DNA of 64,000 bases. Origin: the human T2T-CHM13v2.0 reference genome, Homo sapiens. Below, in pieces: positions 38,727 through 51,909 of this stretch. Below the pieces are notes generated by a model, which saw only the letters and a program-made list of their open reading frames with translations, searched no databases and was not told the origin of the DNA. A program made the position numbers and the translations under genes. The stretch lies in the NCBI RefSeq assembly GCF_009914755.1, contig NC_060941.1; one strand, given 5' to 3'. Within the stretch, counting starts at the first letter, position 1. Every line of letters begins with the position of its first letter.

Positions 38727-39044
38727 CTGGGCACAGGCAAGGGACAGATGGCAGGTAAGGGTGTGTGGTCTGGCTTTCATCCAGGGTGACCCAGGTCCTC
38801 AGCTTTACCTGGGCAACTCTGTCCTTCCCTGTTCTCAGGTCAGGAGGCCCCAGGTTTTCCCAAAGCCTCTGGGGGTCTGGCTCTGTGCTGGCTCTGATGC
38901 CTGGTCATTCCGGACCGGGTGTCCCCACCATGGGGCCCTCCAACTTCTGTGCCTCCCTACTCAGCTGGAGGGATGGGGAGGGACTGTCCCCAAAAGCCTC
39001 TCAATGCTCCCTGGGCCCAGCCCGCCCAGCCCCCAGCCACGTAC

Positions 39045-39274
39045 TTCTGCTGGTAGTCCTTGATGAGGCGCTTGGCCTTGCTGTACTTGCGCTCCAGGGC
39101 CTGGTACTGCGCCTGAGTCTCCCGCAGGTGCTCGTCCACAGCCTGGCACAGGCTCTGGGCCTCACCCCAGTAGCCTTCCAGTTTCTCCATGCGCTCCTTG
39201 TTCTCCTCCACACTCTGCTCCAACTGCGCCTTCTCCACCCGCCAGCGCCCCTTCTCCTGCTCCAGGCTCTGCAG
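39045..39274 (-). CDS. PPP1R9B: PPP1R9B exon 8 (coiled coil)
   Basis: tctctcag|CTGCAG...CAGAA|gtacgt; [29 protein letters not shown]...KDYQQK. Confidence 0.96.
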
Positions 39275-41230
39275 CTGAGAGAGAAAGGCACGGCCCTGGG
39301 TTGGTGGGGGCCAGCAGGAGCCAAAGGGTACCCCCATCCTAGCACTGGGGCCAGAGTCGCCAGGGGATTCCTACCGTTGTGGAGTCCATTGCACCCCAAC
39401 TACTAACCCTCTTTGGCTGAGCCTGAGAACTGAAACCCAGAGAGGAAAGAAGTAGAGCTCAGCCTCAGAGCTCCCACCAGACTCCCTGTCACTGCACCCC
39501 ACTCGCAGGGAGGCTGGAGGCTTCGGTTAGTCACTGATACTCTGACTTGGCGCAATGCAACTAATGTCCCAAGCCTCAGTTATCCCATCTGTAAAATGGC
39601 AGTGATATGTGCCTCCCAATCTCACAAAAGCTCCAGTGAGACAGTACATGTGAAGTAAAAGGGCAGATGAGGGTCACCATTACTCTCTGTCCCCTCTCTG
39701 CAGCCCCAGCCCTGCTCGCCAGTCTCTGCACTTGTGGCTTCCTGAACAATCCTGGTTCTCTCCCAGCTTCCAGGTGACCCCAGCGCAGACCTCCAGTCCC
39801 CCACAGCTCAGTTCCGGATCCTCTGTTCTCTCTATACTCACTGCCATGGGGCACCGGCCCATCTCCCACACTACCTCTGTGCACTCTGAGCTGCAAATCT
39901 CAAGTCCCAGCCCACCCTTGCTCCCAACTCCCAGCTTTAGCTCCCAGCTCCTCCCAGGTACCATGCCCCAGACCAGGCCCCCGCAGCTGCACAAACCTAT
40001 GCCTCCTTTCCTGACTTGCTCTGTTAAAAGGCGCCACAACCTCATAGCCATGTTGGCACTCAGTCTCAGGCCAGTATTTGCTGCAAACATCCCTTGCTCT
40101 CTGTCCCCCAGCCACACAGGCCTTCCTGCAGATCCTCAGACTTGCCACAGGGCCTTTACGTGTGCTGTCCCCTCTGCCTGGAATGTCCCCCATCTACCCT
40201 CCTGCTTGCCTAGTTATTTCCCTCTAGCTCACCCTTCAGCTCTCTGCTGTGTGTCACTTCTCCAAAAAAGCCCCCACAGCTCCCTCCAACAGCACAGCCC
40301 TACTCCCACCTCCACCCGAATCAGGTTCCTCCTGCTTTAGCAGCTCAGTAAGCCTGTTCTCTCCTACAGAGCCCCATGCCAGCGTGTGATGATGACACAG
40401 TCACTGGTTTGCAGATGCACAAGAACAACGATCAACTATGGCTTTGCCCATCATGGTGATGAGAACAATACTGGACATCTAGAAGGTACCCAGAGGATGT
40501 CTGTAAGTAGAATGCACTAACAGACCTTTGGCGTGCCCCTCCCTTTCATACTCTGCATACACCTCAGGAACATGGCCTGTCACTCTGACCCCGGAAATGC
40601 AGCGCTCACCTACCCTTCCTTTCCAGACCCTCTGCCTATACTCTGAGCAGTCCTGGCCTACCCCTGCCAGGACACTGTCTGGGCCCCTAACCAGTTTGCC
40701 TGCCTCCCAGCACTGCCCACTTTCATGCCCTCCCACTTTGTAGGCAGTGGCTTTCCGAAAAATCCCAATGGCCACATACCCCATGCTATCTGTAGGACCA
40801 AGGCCAGAGTCTTTAGAGGGGAGGCAGGATACTGCAAGCCAGAGCCCATCCTGGCAGTCCAGCCCTGCCTCCACCTCTCCCCGACAGGCATGCTGCCACC
40901 TCCTGACTGGCCTCCCCTCAAAGCCAGACTCCAAGCTCCATGGAGCTCCTCTCCCTGCCAGGAATGCCCCTGCTTCTGCCCCAGCCATCCAAACCCTGGC
41001 CTCCTCTCCTGCATACCCCCATGTGGGAGGGTACACACACTCCCATGTCTGCAAGACCCCTATAGATCTGTCTCTCCCCACCACGGCAGAAGCCCCATAG
41101 GTACTGGGACTCCTATAGTCTAGGTCCCAGCAGAGGCCCCATACAGACTTTTAATATGAAGTCTGTATATCTGCATGCCTGTGAGGGTGCTGGCACCTGA
41201 CATGCTTGTGTAAGCATCTGTGTATACTAC

Positions 41231-41255
41231 GTGTGTGTGTGTGTGTGTGTGTGTG
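41231..41255. repeat. (TG)n microsatellite
   Basis: Direct reading. Confidence 0.9.
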
Positions 41256-41682
41256 CCACGTGTCTCCATCTGGGGTCGGCATCAGCACCTCTGTGTTACT
41301 TGCCCAGATGAGAATATGCATGCCCTGTGACACTCTTCCTAGACCAGGTGGTCTGATCGATGGCCATGCCTGTGTGTTTCAGAGCAGATGGGTGCAGAGT
41401 GGGTCTGCATATCCAGGCTGATAGCCTCGAGTGTAATGTGAAGCACAGGTCCATTGTCTCTGTGACTGTGTCTGTGTAGAGTGGGTGTCTCTATGTGTCT
41501 GGGTGAGGGGGTCTGTGGGTACTATGTGCCTGGGGCCAGGCTGCTGTGTCAGTGTGTGTACTTCTGGGTGGTCTGTACTTATCAATGGGCCTATATATAG
41601 CAGACATATGTGGGACAGCACAAACATAGAGACACCTAGAGCAGAACTTAGCATGCTTCGGTATCACAGCTAATATACTGAC

Positions 41683-41979
41683 TTTTTTTTCTTTTGACAC
41701 ATGGTCTCATTCTGTTACTCAGGCTGGAGTGGAGTGCAGTGGCACAATCACGGCTCACTGCAGCCTCGACCTACCCTGGCCCAAATGATCGTCCCACCTC
41801 AGCCACCCAAGTAGCTGGGATCACTGGTGTGCGCTACCACACCTGGCTAATTTTTGTATTGTTTGTAGAGATAGGTTTTCGCCATGTTGCCCAGGCTGGT
41901 CTCTAACTCCTGGCTGAAGCAGTCTGCCTTGGCCTCCCAAAGTGCTGAGATTACAGGCATGAGCCACTGCGCTCAGCCT
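41683..41979 (-). mobile_element. AluJ-like
   Basis: cacggctcactgcagcctcgacc. Confidence 0.85.
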
Positions 41980-42321
41980 ACTTTGACTTTTTATTGAGCT
42001 CCTATTATGTCACACATTGTGCTAAAGACTTGACGTGTGTTATCTCATTTAATCCCACAACGATCCTGTGGTGTTGGTGCTATTACGACCTCATTTTATA
42101 GATGAGGAGGCTGAGGCACAGAGAAGCAAGTGATGCTGGAGCAGATGGATCCAGAGCTTAAGCTCTTAATATCGTATCTATCATATCATCTTGCTTTAGA
42201 GCAGCTTGTTCTGTGGGTACCTGTGCCTAAGTGTCAGCATGTGCAGGTGTGAGGGTAGGGGGACCCTGCTCCTCAACACACACATGCACGCACGCAAAAG
42301 CACACACATACGCACCCTTAC

Positions 42322-42375
42322 CTTTCTTTTCAGCTGCTGGATCTCTGCCTCAGTGACCGCATGCTTGATCTGGAG
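42322..42375 (-). CDS. PPP1R9B: PPP1R9B exon 7 (54 nt)
   Basis: cccaacag|CTCCAG...AGAAAG|gtaagg; [18 protein letters not shown]. Confidence 0.95.
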
Positions 42376-42487
42376 CTGTTGGGCAGAGGGGCAGGCACTC
42401 AGCTCCAGCAGGGTGGGGCAGGCAGTGCCAAGGGCAGGAGACCTGCCTGCCTTTCCCTCCACCACTCCAGGGAGCCCCTCCTCCCAC

Positions 42488-42640
42488 CTCCTTGAACTTG
42501 TGCACCAGCTTCTCGGGCTCCATGTCCACAGGGGACAGTGCATCCTCGTTCTCCGCTAGCTCAAACACCTCGATGGCCATCTCACCACCCGGGAACGTGG
42601 GGCTCAGCTCCTCATCCTCGTCAGTGGCATACTCTCCTGT
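42488..42640 (-). CDS. PPP1R9B: PPP1R9B exon 6
   Basis: ttcgcag|ACAGGA...AAGGAG|gtggga; [51 protein letters not shown]. Confidence 0.96.
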
Positions 42641-43106
42641 CTGCGAAGGGAGACCGGAGACTGTGGGCCCACCCCACCCAGCTGCCCTCAGCCCTGATGA
42701 CCAGGGCTGGGACCAGTTGCCCATGCCAGACAGAGAGCTACCCAGGAATGTGGTTCATGCCTCCCACTTCAGCCTGAGGCTGGACCAGAGACACGGTTTA
42801 TGTCTTCCCCCAACAGCCTGGTAGTCCCCTGATGACAGAGGGGGTCAGTTCCTCATCAGCCTGGGTCTCTGAAGAAACAGCCTGTACTATCTTTCCCCTT
42901 CTGGATCTATCTCCCTTTCAGATTAGGTCCCCCAAGATTAGGGGCTATGCTCTCCCCGCAGACTGGGGGCTCTTTGAGAGGACTGTGTATTCCTTGTCCG
43001 GCCTCTGAAGACAAAGAGTGTGACTGGAGGACAGGGAATGGCACTGTGGGCTTTTTACTAGGGCAGGGGAAGCAGTAGAGGCAGATGACTGTAATGCTTC
43101 ATCTAG

Positions 43107-43119
43107 CCACCAGGGGGCG
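43107..43119 (+). promoter_or_regulatory. CTCF core motif CCACCAGGGGGCG
   Basis: Exact match to the CTCF core consensus, in PPP1R9B intron 5. Confidence 0.6.
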
Positions 43120-43151
43120 ACCACGCGGCCAGCCAGGCAGGGACTCCCTAC

Positions 43152-43287
43152 CTCCTCGTCATCCTCCCCATACTGGGCGTATCTCTGCTCCATCATCTCC
43201 CGCTGCCATCGCTCCTGTTCCAAAGTCTGCTGAATTAGCTGGGCCACTTCGCTCTGCTCTCCCGGCCGCTCCCGGCCAATCATAAAC
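43152..43287 (-). CDS. PPP1R9B: PPP1R9B exon 5
   Basis: cctgcag|GTTTATG...GAGGAG|gtaggg; [45 protein letters not shown]. Confidence 0.96.
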
Positions 43288-44327
43288 CTGCAGGGGCACC
43301 GGCATCATCCGCTGCCTCTGTCCTCAGCCAGGTAATGCATCATCCTCCCTGCTGATGCTCCCCTCTCCAAACTCAGGCCCTCCCAGGGGAGGAGAGATGA
43401 GAGGGCTGAGTCCGAAGGCTGCAGTGTTAATAATGAATGGGGGAATGAGGGCCCTTATCAGGTTTCCTTCCCAAGGGAGGCAGGAAGGCCCATTCACCCC
43501 TCTGGCCAGTATTGCGGGAGGGAGAATGTCAGCCCACCTCTAGGCTGTGCTGCAGGGGACATGCACTGAGGAGGCTCTTCCCCTGCCACAGGGGAGAAAA
43601 TGAGGCAGGGAAAGGTGAAGATGACCCTCCCAGCAGGGATGGGCTGCGGAGGTGTTTCTTGGGTATGCTCCAAGCCCCTGAGCTTCAGGAAGGGGCGGGA
43701 TGATGGCAACTGGAGATTAGGATGGAGAGGAAATAGTGGAACTTCCAGGCACCAGCCCCTCCTCCCGGTGGCCACCCACATCCTGTTTCTCTCCACCACC
43801 CTTTCCTGGGGGTAGTACCCCTCTTGCAGGGGGGCAGGGAGTGATCCCTGAATGTTAAGCCAAAGGTAGAGTGGACACAGGGAGCTTCTGATCCAGTCCC
43901 CTTGGTTACAGGCCTGGGGCGGAGTCTTCCCAGGATGACATAGGGCTGGTCGGGGTGGGGGGCATGAGGTCCCAATGAGGGGACCCCAATATGGTTAGCA
44001 TTCACCCTGGACGTCCTGGTTCTTCAGTCAGTGAGTCAGGGACAGGTAGGGGGAAGGAGAAGAAGCCCTAGAGGACAGTTTGGAGGGCTGGTGGACAGTG
44101 GGCCAGGAAGGCTGAGTACTGGTGGCCAGCTGTTGCCAGGGAGCTGGGATGAGAAGGCAGGTGTGAGGCGAGGGACTCCAGGCACAGCAACTCCTGCAGC
44201 CAAGGAGTCAGCAGAACCTCTGTGAGCTGGGCCACCAGAACCTTAACTGGCTGTTAAGGCAGGTGAACGGAGTGCCTGGACGAGGACCTCCTGCCCGCTC
44301 CCACGCCCCACCCCTCTGGGCTCTCAC

Positions 44328-44432
44328 CGCACTCGGCCCTTGGTGTTCCGGAGCACAGACGCCGCGAAGCTCTGGGTCACTCCCACCAGACTTGTTCCAT
44401 CCACCTCCACCAGGAGATCATTCACCTGGATC
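44328..44432 (-). CDS. PPP1R9B: PPP1R9B exon 4 (PDZ domain)
   Basis: ccgctag|GATCCAG...GTGCG|gtgaga; [35 protein letters not shown]. Confidence 0.95.
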
Positions 44433-44453
44433 CTAGCGGAGTGACATTGGTTA

Positions 44454-44774
<321 letters not shown>

Positions 44775-46656
44775 TCACAGATACTTTGTCCTCACAGGGA
44801 CCTGGTACTTTGTCTACCTGCGTAACATTCACAAGGCCAGAGGATTAAGTGTCAGCCAGGCCCACCTGTGTGGGCAGTGAGAGCCAGGCAAGCAAAGCAG
44901 ACACAGGCGTCCAGGACCAGGAGACGCGGCAGGCACACTTCCTGTGACAATCACACTCTTGTCCCCTCCTTCATCATACTTGACTGAGCGGTGTGACATT
45001 CTCAGAGTTCATCTCTGCCATGCACACTGGCCAGGAGCCCCACAGCACACAAGTGACATGCCACCCTCTTACGTGTACATTTCTGCACAGAACTGAGTGC
45101 ACAGATGTCCTCCCAAGTCCCCAAGACCGAATGGCACTCTCTCGAGTTCACACACTGTCCCACACACACCTGATACAGGTGCACCTGCCGACACACTCCA
45201 GTTGTGTCCCCTGAAGCCCGTGTTCTCCATACAAGGGGAGGTTCAGTCTGGCCTGCCGAGGGAGATGGAGGGTGGGGGGCCTCTCAGACACCTCCCTCCT
45301 CCACTCCACCTCCCTGGGAGCTCCAGGCCTTCTCTCAGGACTCCCACACGGAAATGGAGGAAATGGCCTATTGTCAACAGCTCACCCCAACACATGCCAC
45401 TCCCAGGTGGGCATGAGTGAGTGGCCACGGCCACCATGCACACTCACTCCTTAGACAACCCACAGGCAACAATGGGAAAGGCTCTGGAAGTTCACATTGG
45501 GAGGGGAAGGGGTAAATGAAAGGGTATCCTGTTCCCGGCCCCTCTCCATGCCACCTGGGCCACAACAGGTAGAAGCCCCTTGACAGGGCAGCCCCATCTC
45601 TAGAAACAAGATCCCAAAGTCACCCAGATCCCAAAGGACACCTGCTCACCTCTGTCACATGGAGGGGGTCTGGGTTTGGAGGTACCACCACAAGAGATCC
45701 CCAATGTCACCTCTAACTTACAGCCACCCTGGGGGATGCCCTACAGCCCTTCCTACTGCCACTCCCCACACCCCTGGAATACACAGCTAACACAGGGGTC
45801 CCTGGCTGGCACACAGCTCCAGGATGCCCTCCCTGAACCTTCTGTCCCACAGAACTCACCCCTTGCAACCACAGATGCTCAATACAGGCACACACACTCA
45901 CATGCGCAAAGACAGCCTGTCTCCAGAGCCACTGCCATCAATGGGTCTAGTCACAGCCTCCTGGCCCCTGCTCTCTATGCCCCAGCCACACCTGCCTGCT
46001 CATGGCGCCACTGCCTGGAACCTCTGCACTCACTCCCTCAGCACAGCTAACTCCTGCTCCAGCCTTAGCTCTCAGCTCCAGCACTGCTTCCTCCAGGAAG
46101 CCTTCCCTAATGCCCAGAGAGATTAAACCCTCCTGTTGTATGCCTTCACAGCAGTCTGCATTTCCCTCCATTTCACTACCTTTTGTGTGTCCATTTATTC
46201 AATGTCTACCTCACACCACACTGCACACTTCTCAAGTGCGCCAGGCCCTCACCATTGACTTCCCAGGGCCCAGCACCGGCCCAACACTGTCAGAGACTCA
46301 ATGTCCAGCGAAAAAAAAGCTCAAATATACTCCATGCCTGTCTTCTCCCTACCAGGGCCCAAACTGTACTCCAGACCGGGATGCACAACACACGCCTATA
46401 GCCCCCATGGTCACCAGCCCCTCCTGGAGAACACACGCTCCTTCAGGGCATAGGGGCTGACAGTGCTCACTGTTGTATTTCTGGGGCCTGGAACAGCACC
46501 TGGCATGGCAGTGCTCCCCGAACATCTCAGCTGCACACACAGCACGGAAATCTCCCAGGGAAGGCCCGCCCCACCCCCTGCTCAGTGGCCCACCCCACCA
46601 AGGATGGCCGGTCGGAGAGGGAAAAAGGGTCAGGCGAGACTGGGGAGGATTGGTAC

Positions 46657-46777
46657 CTGCCATCCCGATGGGCCGCACCACCCTCCGTCACGGTCTTGAC
46701 GAAGATACCCAGCTTCTCCAGGCCCATGTCTGCCCCGGCGCCCATGCCGATGATGCTGATGCCCAGGCCCTCGGAGT
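46657..46777 (-). CDS. PPP1R9B: PPP1R9B exon 3 (PDZ domain, GLGI loop)
   Basis: ttccacag|ACTCCG...GGCAG|gtacca; [41 protein letters not shown]. Confidence 0.96.
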
Positions 46778-47065
46778 CTGTGGAACAGAGAGTGGTGAGA
46801 TGGCAGGGCTTGTAGGGGACAGACGAGAGACTCTCCACCCCGAATTCCAGGGCACAGCCCCCCCATCAGGAAGCAGTCCCCATTAGGGGATGTCCCACAA
46901 CTGAAGAAGGGATATAGTTCTGTCCACCGTCTTTGCCAAGTCTACTAGGATGGCTCCTGAGCCGCTCCCTGCCCTTTGTCCCTTCCAAAGAACCAATGGG
47001 CAGAAGAGCGTGCCAAGGGTGGCACAGGCAGGTAAGACTGTTGCATATGCAGACCAGGGCGTGTG

Positions 47066-47106
47066 GCCAGGATGGGGGTAGCCAGGATGGGGGTAGCCAG
47101 GATGGG
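47066..47106. repeat. 15-bp tandem repeat, 2.7 copies (gccaggatgggggta)
   Basis: Direct reading. Confidence 0.9.
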
Positions 47107-48171
47107 ACTCAGCCCTAAGCCTTTGGTCTTCTCCCTCTCAGCCAGTCTCATCTGTACTCATAGCTTCAAGGACCAAAGACCTCCAGATTTTCTCTCCCCT
47201 GAGGTCCATTCCCCTATCCACACCTGCCCCTGCCTGACTCATGGCCCTCTGATGTCCCAACTAATGACCTTCCCCCACAAACACTCCCTCATGGGGGATG
47301 GTACCACCACCTGCCACCTGCCAGACCTGGGAGGCACCTGGATTCCTCCCTCCCACTCACAGCCTCCACCTGAGCCAAATGACCCCCAGATGCTATGGAT
47401 TCTACCCCTGGAGATCTTTCCAGTCCACCCACACCCGCTCTGCCATCTTCCTGTCCACGCCACAGTGGCCTTTCTCCATCCACTTGTGACCCCCTCCCTA
47501 CATCACAGCCTGGTGTGGTCTTTCTAGACCTTTCCTGTGCTTCGAAATGGCTCCCAATCCATCTTAGCAACAAGACCACGTGGTCTGCAAGGCCTCATTT
47601 GCATGCTCTTCTTGCCCTCCCTATGCAAATGCAGCCAAGCCCCTTTCCTGACTACTCCCCTAATTCCTCCTCACCAGAGTGCAACTCAAGCTTCACTTCC
47701 CTGGAGAATGCCCCCAAGCACAGTCTGGTTAGGTCACCTGTTAAACGCTTTTACAGTGGCCCCTCCTTACCTTCCCCAGCCCCTATTCCAGCGCCTAAGG
47801 GTGAGATTAGATGTGACTGTGCCTTCCATGTCTGCCTCCCCCATCCATCTCCCCAGGAGCCCACCACTGTGTCCCCAACACAGAGCCCAGGACCTAGCAC
47901 ACAGTACCCTACAGAGACCTGTTAACTGAATGTGCAAATGTGGTTCCATGACCGGGGTGGTGGGGGTGTGGCTTGGCCTGGGTTGGAGGCCCTGTTTGCT
48001 CTGGGTGCTGACAAGGGAGGAGCGGGGAAGGTCACCAAGGGCCTGAGTCAGAGGGAGAGGCCCAGCAAGTCTGTGGGAGCCCCTGAGGGCACAGGGCAGG
48101 AGCTGGTGCCAGAGATGAGACCCGGGTCAACCCCAGCTGTGCGCAAGTGACGTGGCCTCCTGGCCTCTCAC

Positions 48172-48304
48172 CCTTCTCCAGCTCCACAGGGAACAGCTCC
48201 AACCTCTCCACACGCTTCTCCAGCTCGTACTCAGCAGAGGCTGCCATGGGATCCACATCCTCGTTGCGACGATCGTAATCCTCGTTGGAGTAAGTGCTGA
48301 ACAC
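48172..48304 (-). CDS. PPP1R9B: PPP1R9B exon 2 (133 nt)
   Basis: ccccag|GTGTTC...GAAGG|gtgaga; [44 protein letters not shown]. Confidence 0.96.
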
Positions 48305-51300
48305 CTGGGGAGGGAGGCAGCTGGTCAGAGAGGCCGGCAGGAGGACAAGTGCAGAACTGGCATGAGGAGGCCGAGGAGGCAGGCTGAGTTACCCACCCCA
48401 TGCCTCCCCATGATAGCCCTGAGATGAGGCCTCACCCAGTCCCCTGAGACCCCAGCTCTGAGCAAAACAAAGGCCCTTATAGTTCTGGAGCCCAGGGTCA
48501 AGACAGAAAGGGACCCAGCCTTGGCAGACCCGCACTGCTATTCTCTCTGTAGCTCCAACCAGCGTGAGCATGGTCTGCCATAGGCACAGAAGGGGAATCC
48601 TGGAGAAACGTCCAACTCAGGAACCCAGACACCCAGATAGAGGGAAAGTGAGAGATAGGACCCAGAGAGCCAGACAGGCGAGAGGGGACACAAAGACAGA
48701 CACAGAGAGGAAGGAACAGGCTGAGCAGAAGAGGGGAAGAGGAGGAGGGGAGAGAGGATGGAGAAGATGCTGGAGAATGCCAGATGGGGAGAGAGGGGGG
48801 AGCGGGTGTGAGACAGAAGAGGAGGAGGGGAGCAGGAGGGGTGGAAGGGGAGAGGTACCCAGGACTGGCTCTGACTTGCCGCTCAAGTGGATGTTGGAGC
48901 AGGGGAGGGAAGCAGGAAAGACCATCTCTATCCCCGTGGAGAAGAGGCAGGCCCTCCATCCCCAGGAGCCCCTCGGGTGGCAGAAGCAGGGGAAAAAGCT
49001 GGGCCTGGCCTTCCCTGCACACCCAGGCCGCTCTCCCTCCACAACTGCAGCTCTCTAAGTTACGCCCCCTGTCCATGTGCTAGGGGGCCCAGGAGACTGA
49101 GGAGGGGACAGCCTCTGACACTGCCCACAGCGAACCCAGGCGCCATGGGGCTCCGAGGCCACCCCTGCCTTGGCATCTCCTGTACCCCTCTGTTGTCTCT
49201 CTCCAATGTCTCTCAGCAAAAAGAGGAATTCCTCAGCTCTGACCCCCTCAGAAGGACAGAGAAGGTGGGGCTGGGCTCTGTGGGAATGTCTAATTCTGGG
49301 CCCAGGCAGGGGTGCCCCCAGTGGGAGGTTAATGAGCACCATTTGGGGTACCATGACATGCTCAAGCTTCATCGCCTGCAGTGACAGGTTGGCACCACTT
49401 GGAGCCAGGCGGGGGCGGGGAGGGATGGGGAACAGCTCTATCAGTTGGCTGAGTCTGAGCCCCGAGGAGTCAGACTAGGACCCCATCTCCCCCAAGGGCC
49501 CTTGTCAGGGCCCGTCTCCTCCAGGAGCAGACCTTGTGGGCACCCTGGTGGGCAGCAGCACTCTCGTGTCCCAGCCTTTGTCTGGGTTTGCTCCGTGTCG
49601 TCCCCACCCCCTACCAGAGAGGCTCACTGCCACAGTGGGAGAGGGAGGGGGTGCTCATAGGACTAGAAGGCTTAGGTGGGAGGGACCCCTCTGGTCACTT
49701 AGCTCAATGCCCTCAATTTCACAGCATCAGAGAAACTCTGGCTCCAGCCCTTAAAGCTCATCTGTCCATTGCACCCCTCGAACAAACAGGCTGCCTACCT
49801 TGCACATAGTCCAGGGCACCAGGCCCACTGCCCAAGGTCACATGGGTTAAACTGTGGCCAGGCAGAATGAGACTGCACCCAGCTGGGACAGGTGGGTGGG
49901 TCACCGGTGACTTGGTTTCCACTGCACACATGCCCCAGGCTCTGGGACAGGGCTGATGTGAGCCTGGACTCAGCAGTGGGATTTGGCCCACTTTGCACTG
50001 GAGTCCCCTGACTCTCACCCTCTGCTCTAGGAGACACGGTCCCTTCATCATTGAGTCTCTACAGTCTCCTGAGTCAACGAAACCCCTCCCTGACACACAT
50101 GGACACACACGCCCGCTGTGACCTCCAAAACACACCTCACAGCCTGTCCTGGGCTGCACCCTGCCCTCTTCTCTCAGCCTATCAAATCCTGTTCCCTTTC
50201 TGGTCCTGCCGCCTGCAGGAATCCCAGGCCTGGGCTCAGAGGCCCCAGACCACCTCCTACCCCTCCTCGGGCTGCCCACCATGATATGCCGGTCTAGCAG
50301 AGGGCCCTAGGGGAGGTCCCACCTCCCTGAGGCCAAGCTGGAATTGGGTTCTCTGCCCTCAGCAGAGGCCTCCACCTCCAGAAGGGCAACAATTGGGTCA
50401 TCCATGGGGACCGGGACCCTGGACTTGGCATCAAGGCAGGGGCAGGAAGAAGAAAAAGTGGGGCCCCTGTGCCAGGGTGGGGAGGAGGAAATCCCCAGTG
50501 AGGCTGAAAGCCAGCCACACTGGGCCCGCCACACACGCTGGCTCTCACACAGGGCGGGCCAGCTCCAAAGTCACCAGGGAGCCGGGAAGCACTGCTCCAA
50601 ATCATGTGCTATTTTTTACTGAAAAATCAGGGTAAGGCGTCAAATATAGACAGTCAGAGGCCCAGACCAAACTCCAACTCTGAGGGAATCGGACTTCTCG
50701 CAAAATTAGTGGGGGTGGGGTGGGGGGATCCAAACTCTGCTTCAGAGTCCCAAGAAACACTACAGTCCCCCATTCCCTTCAGAACCCCACTGCCTTCAGG
50801 AGGGGAAAGGGGTTGGGAGAGGACCCCGCAGGTCCCAGCCCAGGGGAGAGGCTGGCCTGAGAGCCACTCACTTTTAACCTTTCAGGCCTCTTGCTGGGGT
50901 GGGAGGTGGGAGAGGGCCAGAGGCTGACATTCTGGGCGAGTGAGAGGAAAGTTGGGAAGCTTCAGAGTCCAGGAGTAGTTATGGAAACGACAAGCAAACA
51001 GATGGTGCTTTGGCTAGGGAAGGGTAAAGGCAGGGCAGGGTCCAGGCCAAGGAGAGTCCAGGGACCTGGACACTTCCATGGGGCGGACCTGGGGCCGGGT
51101 GCAGCTGAGCCTGGGGCGGTGAGGAAGAACCCTGCAGGCTGAATGTGCTAGCCAAGAGTGGAGGGTGGTGGGAAGTGGGGGGAGGGGTGGCCTGGGGTTT
51201 TTGATTCCCCCCAGGGGATGTTCCCTCCCCATCAGGGCTGTTCTGAGGATCTCAAAGCTCTGGCACAACCCACAAACCAACCACCAATAGTGGCCGTGGG

Positions 51301-51909
51301 GATGAGACCCCCAAAAGGGGCAGCTCCCATCCCTCTTTCAGGGCTCCCAGAGAATGTGGCAAGAACACTTGGGGCCTGCCAAGGCCATGGGAGTCTGTCC
51401 TATTGAGCAGCCAAGAGTAAAGGCATGCCCACTACTGCCAGGCACCCAGGGGGATCCCAGCCCCACCTCCTCCTCCTCCATGCCTGCAGAAGGCCTCTCC
51501 CCATCAAGGACCACACAAAGTGCCCCTCCCTGTGCAAGGAGGACCGGGCAGCTGGCCTGCAGGGACCCCCAGGGAACACGGCGCCAGCCAGTCACATGGC
51601 CACAGACCAGCTCACCCTCACGATCTGCTTCCCTCTTTCACTTCTGCAAAGTTGGGGTGGGGGTACAAACAGAATAGAGGAAGGGCTGCCTGCGGTCCCC
51701 TGCAGCTTCGTTTTGAGAAGTTCCTGGCTTTCCCCTTTCTCACCTCATCCAGCTCCCATACAGGGGGAAAGCACCCCGGCCCCCTCTCTACCCAGTGAAG
51801 GGCAAATGTCTCTCCTGAAGACACACACACCCCTTCACACTACCCAACCCCAGCCTCTGGCAGCCTCTGGAGGAAGGAATGTCCGGGTGAGGAAGGGAAA
51901 GCAGGTGTC

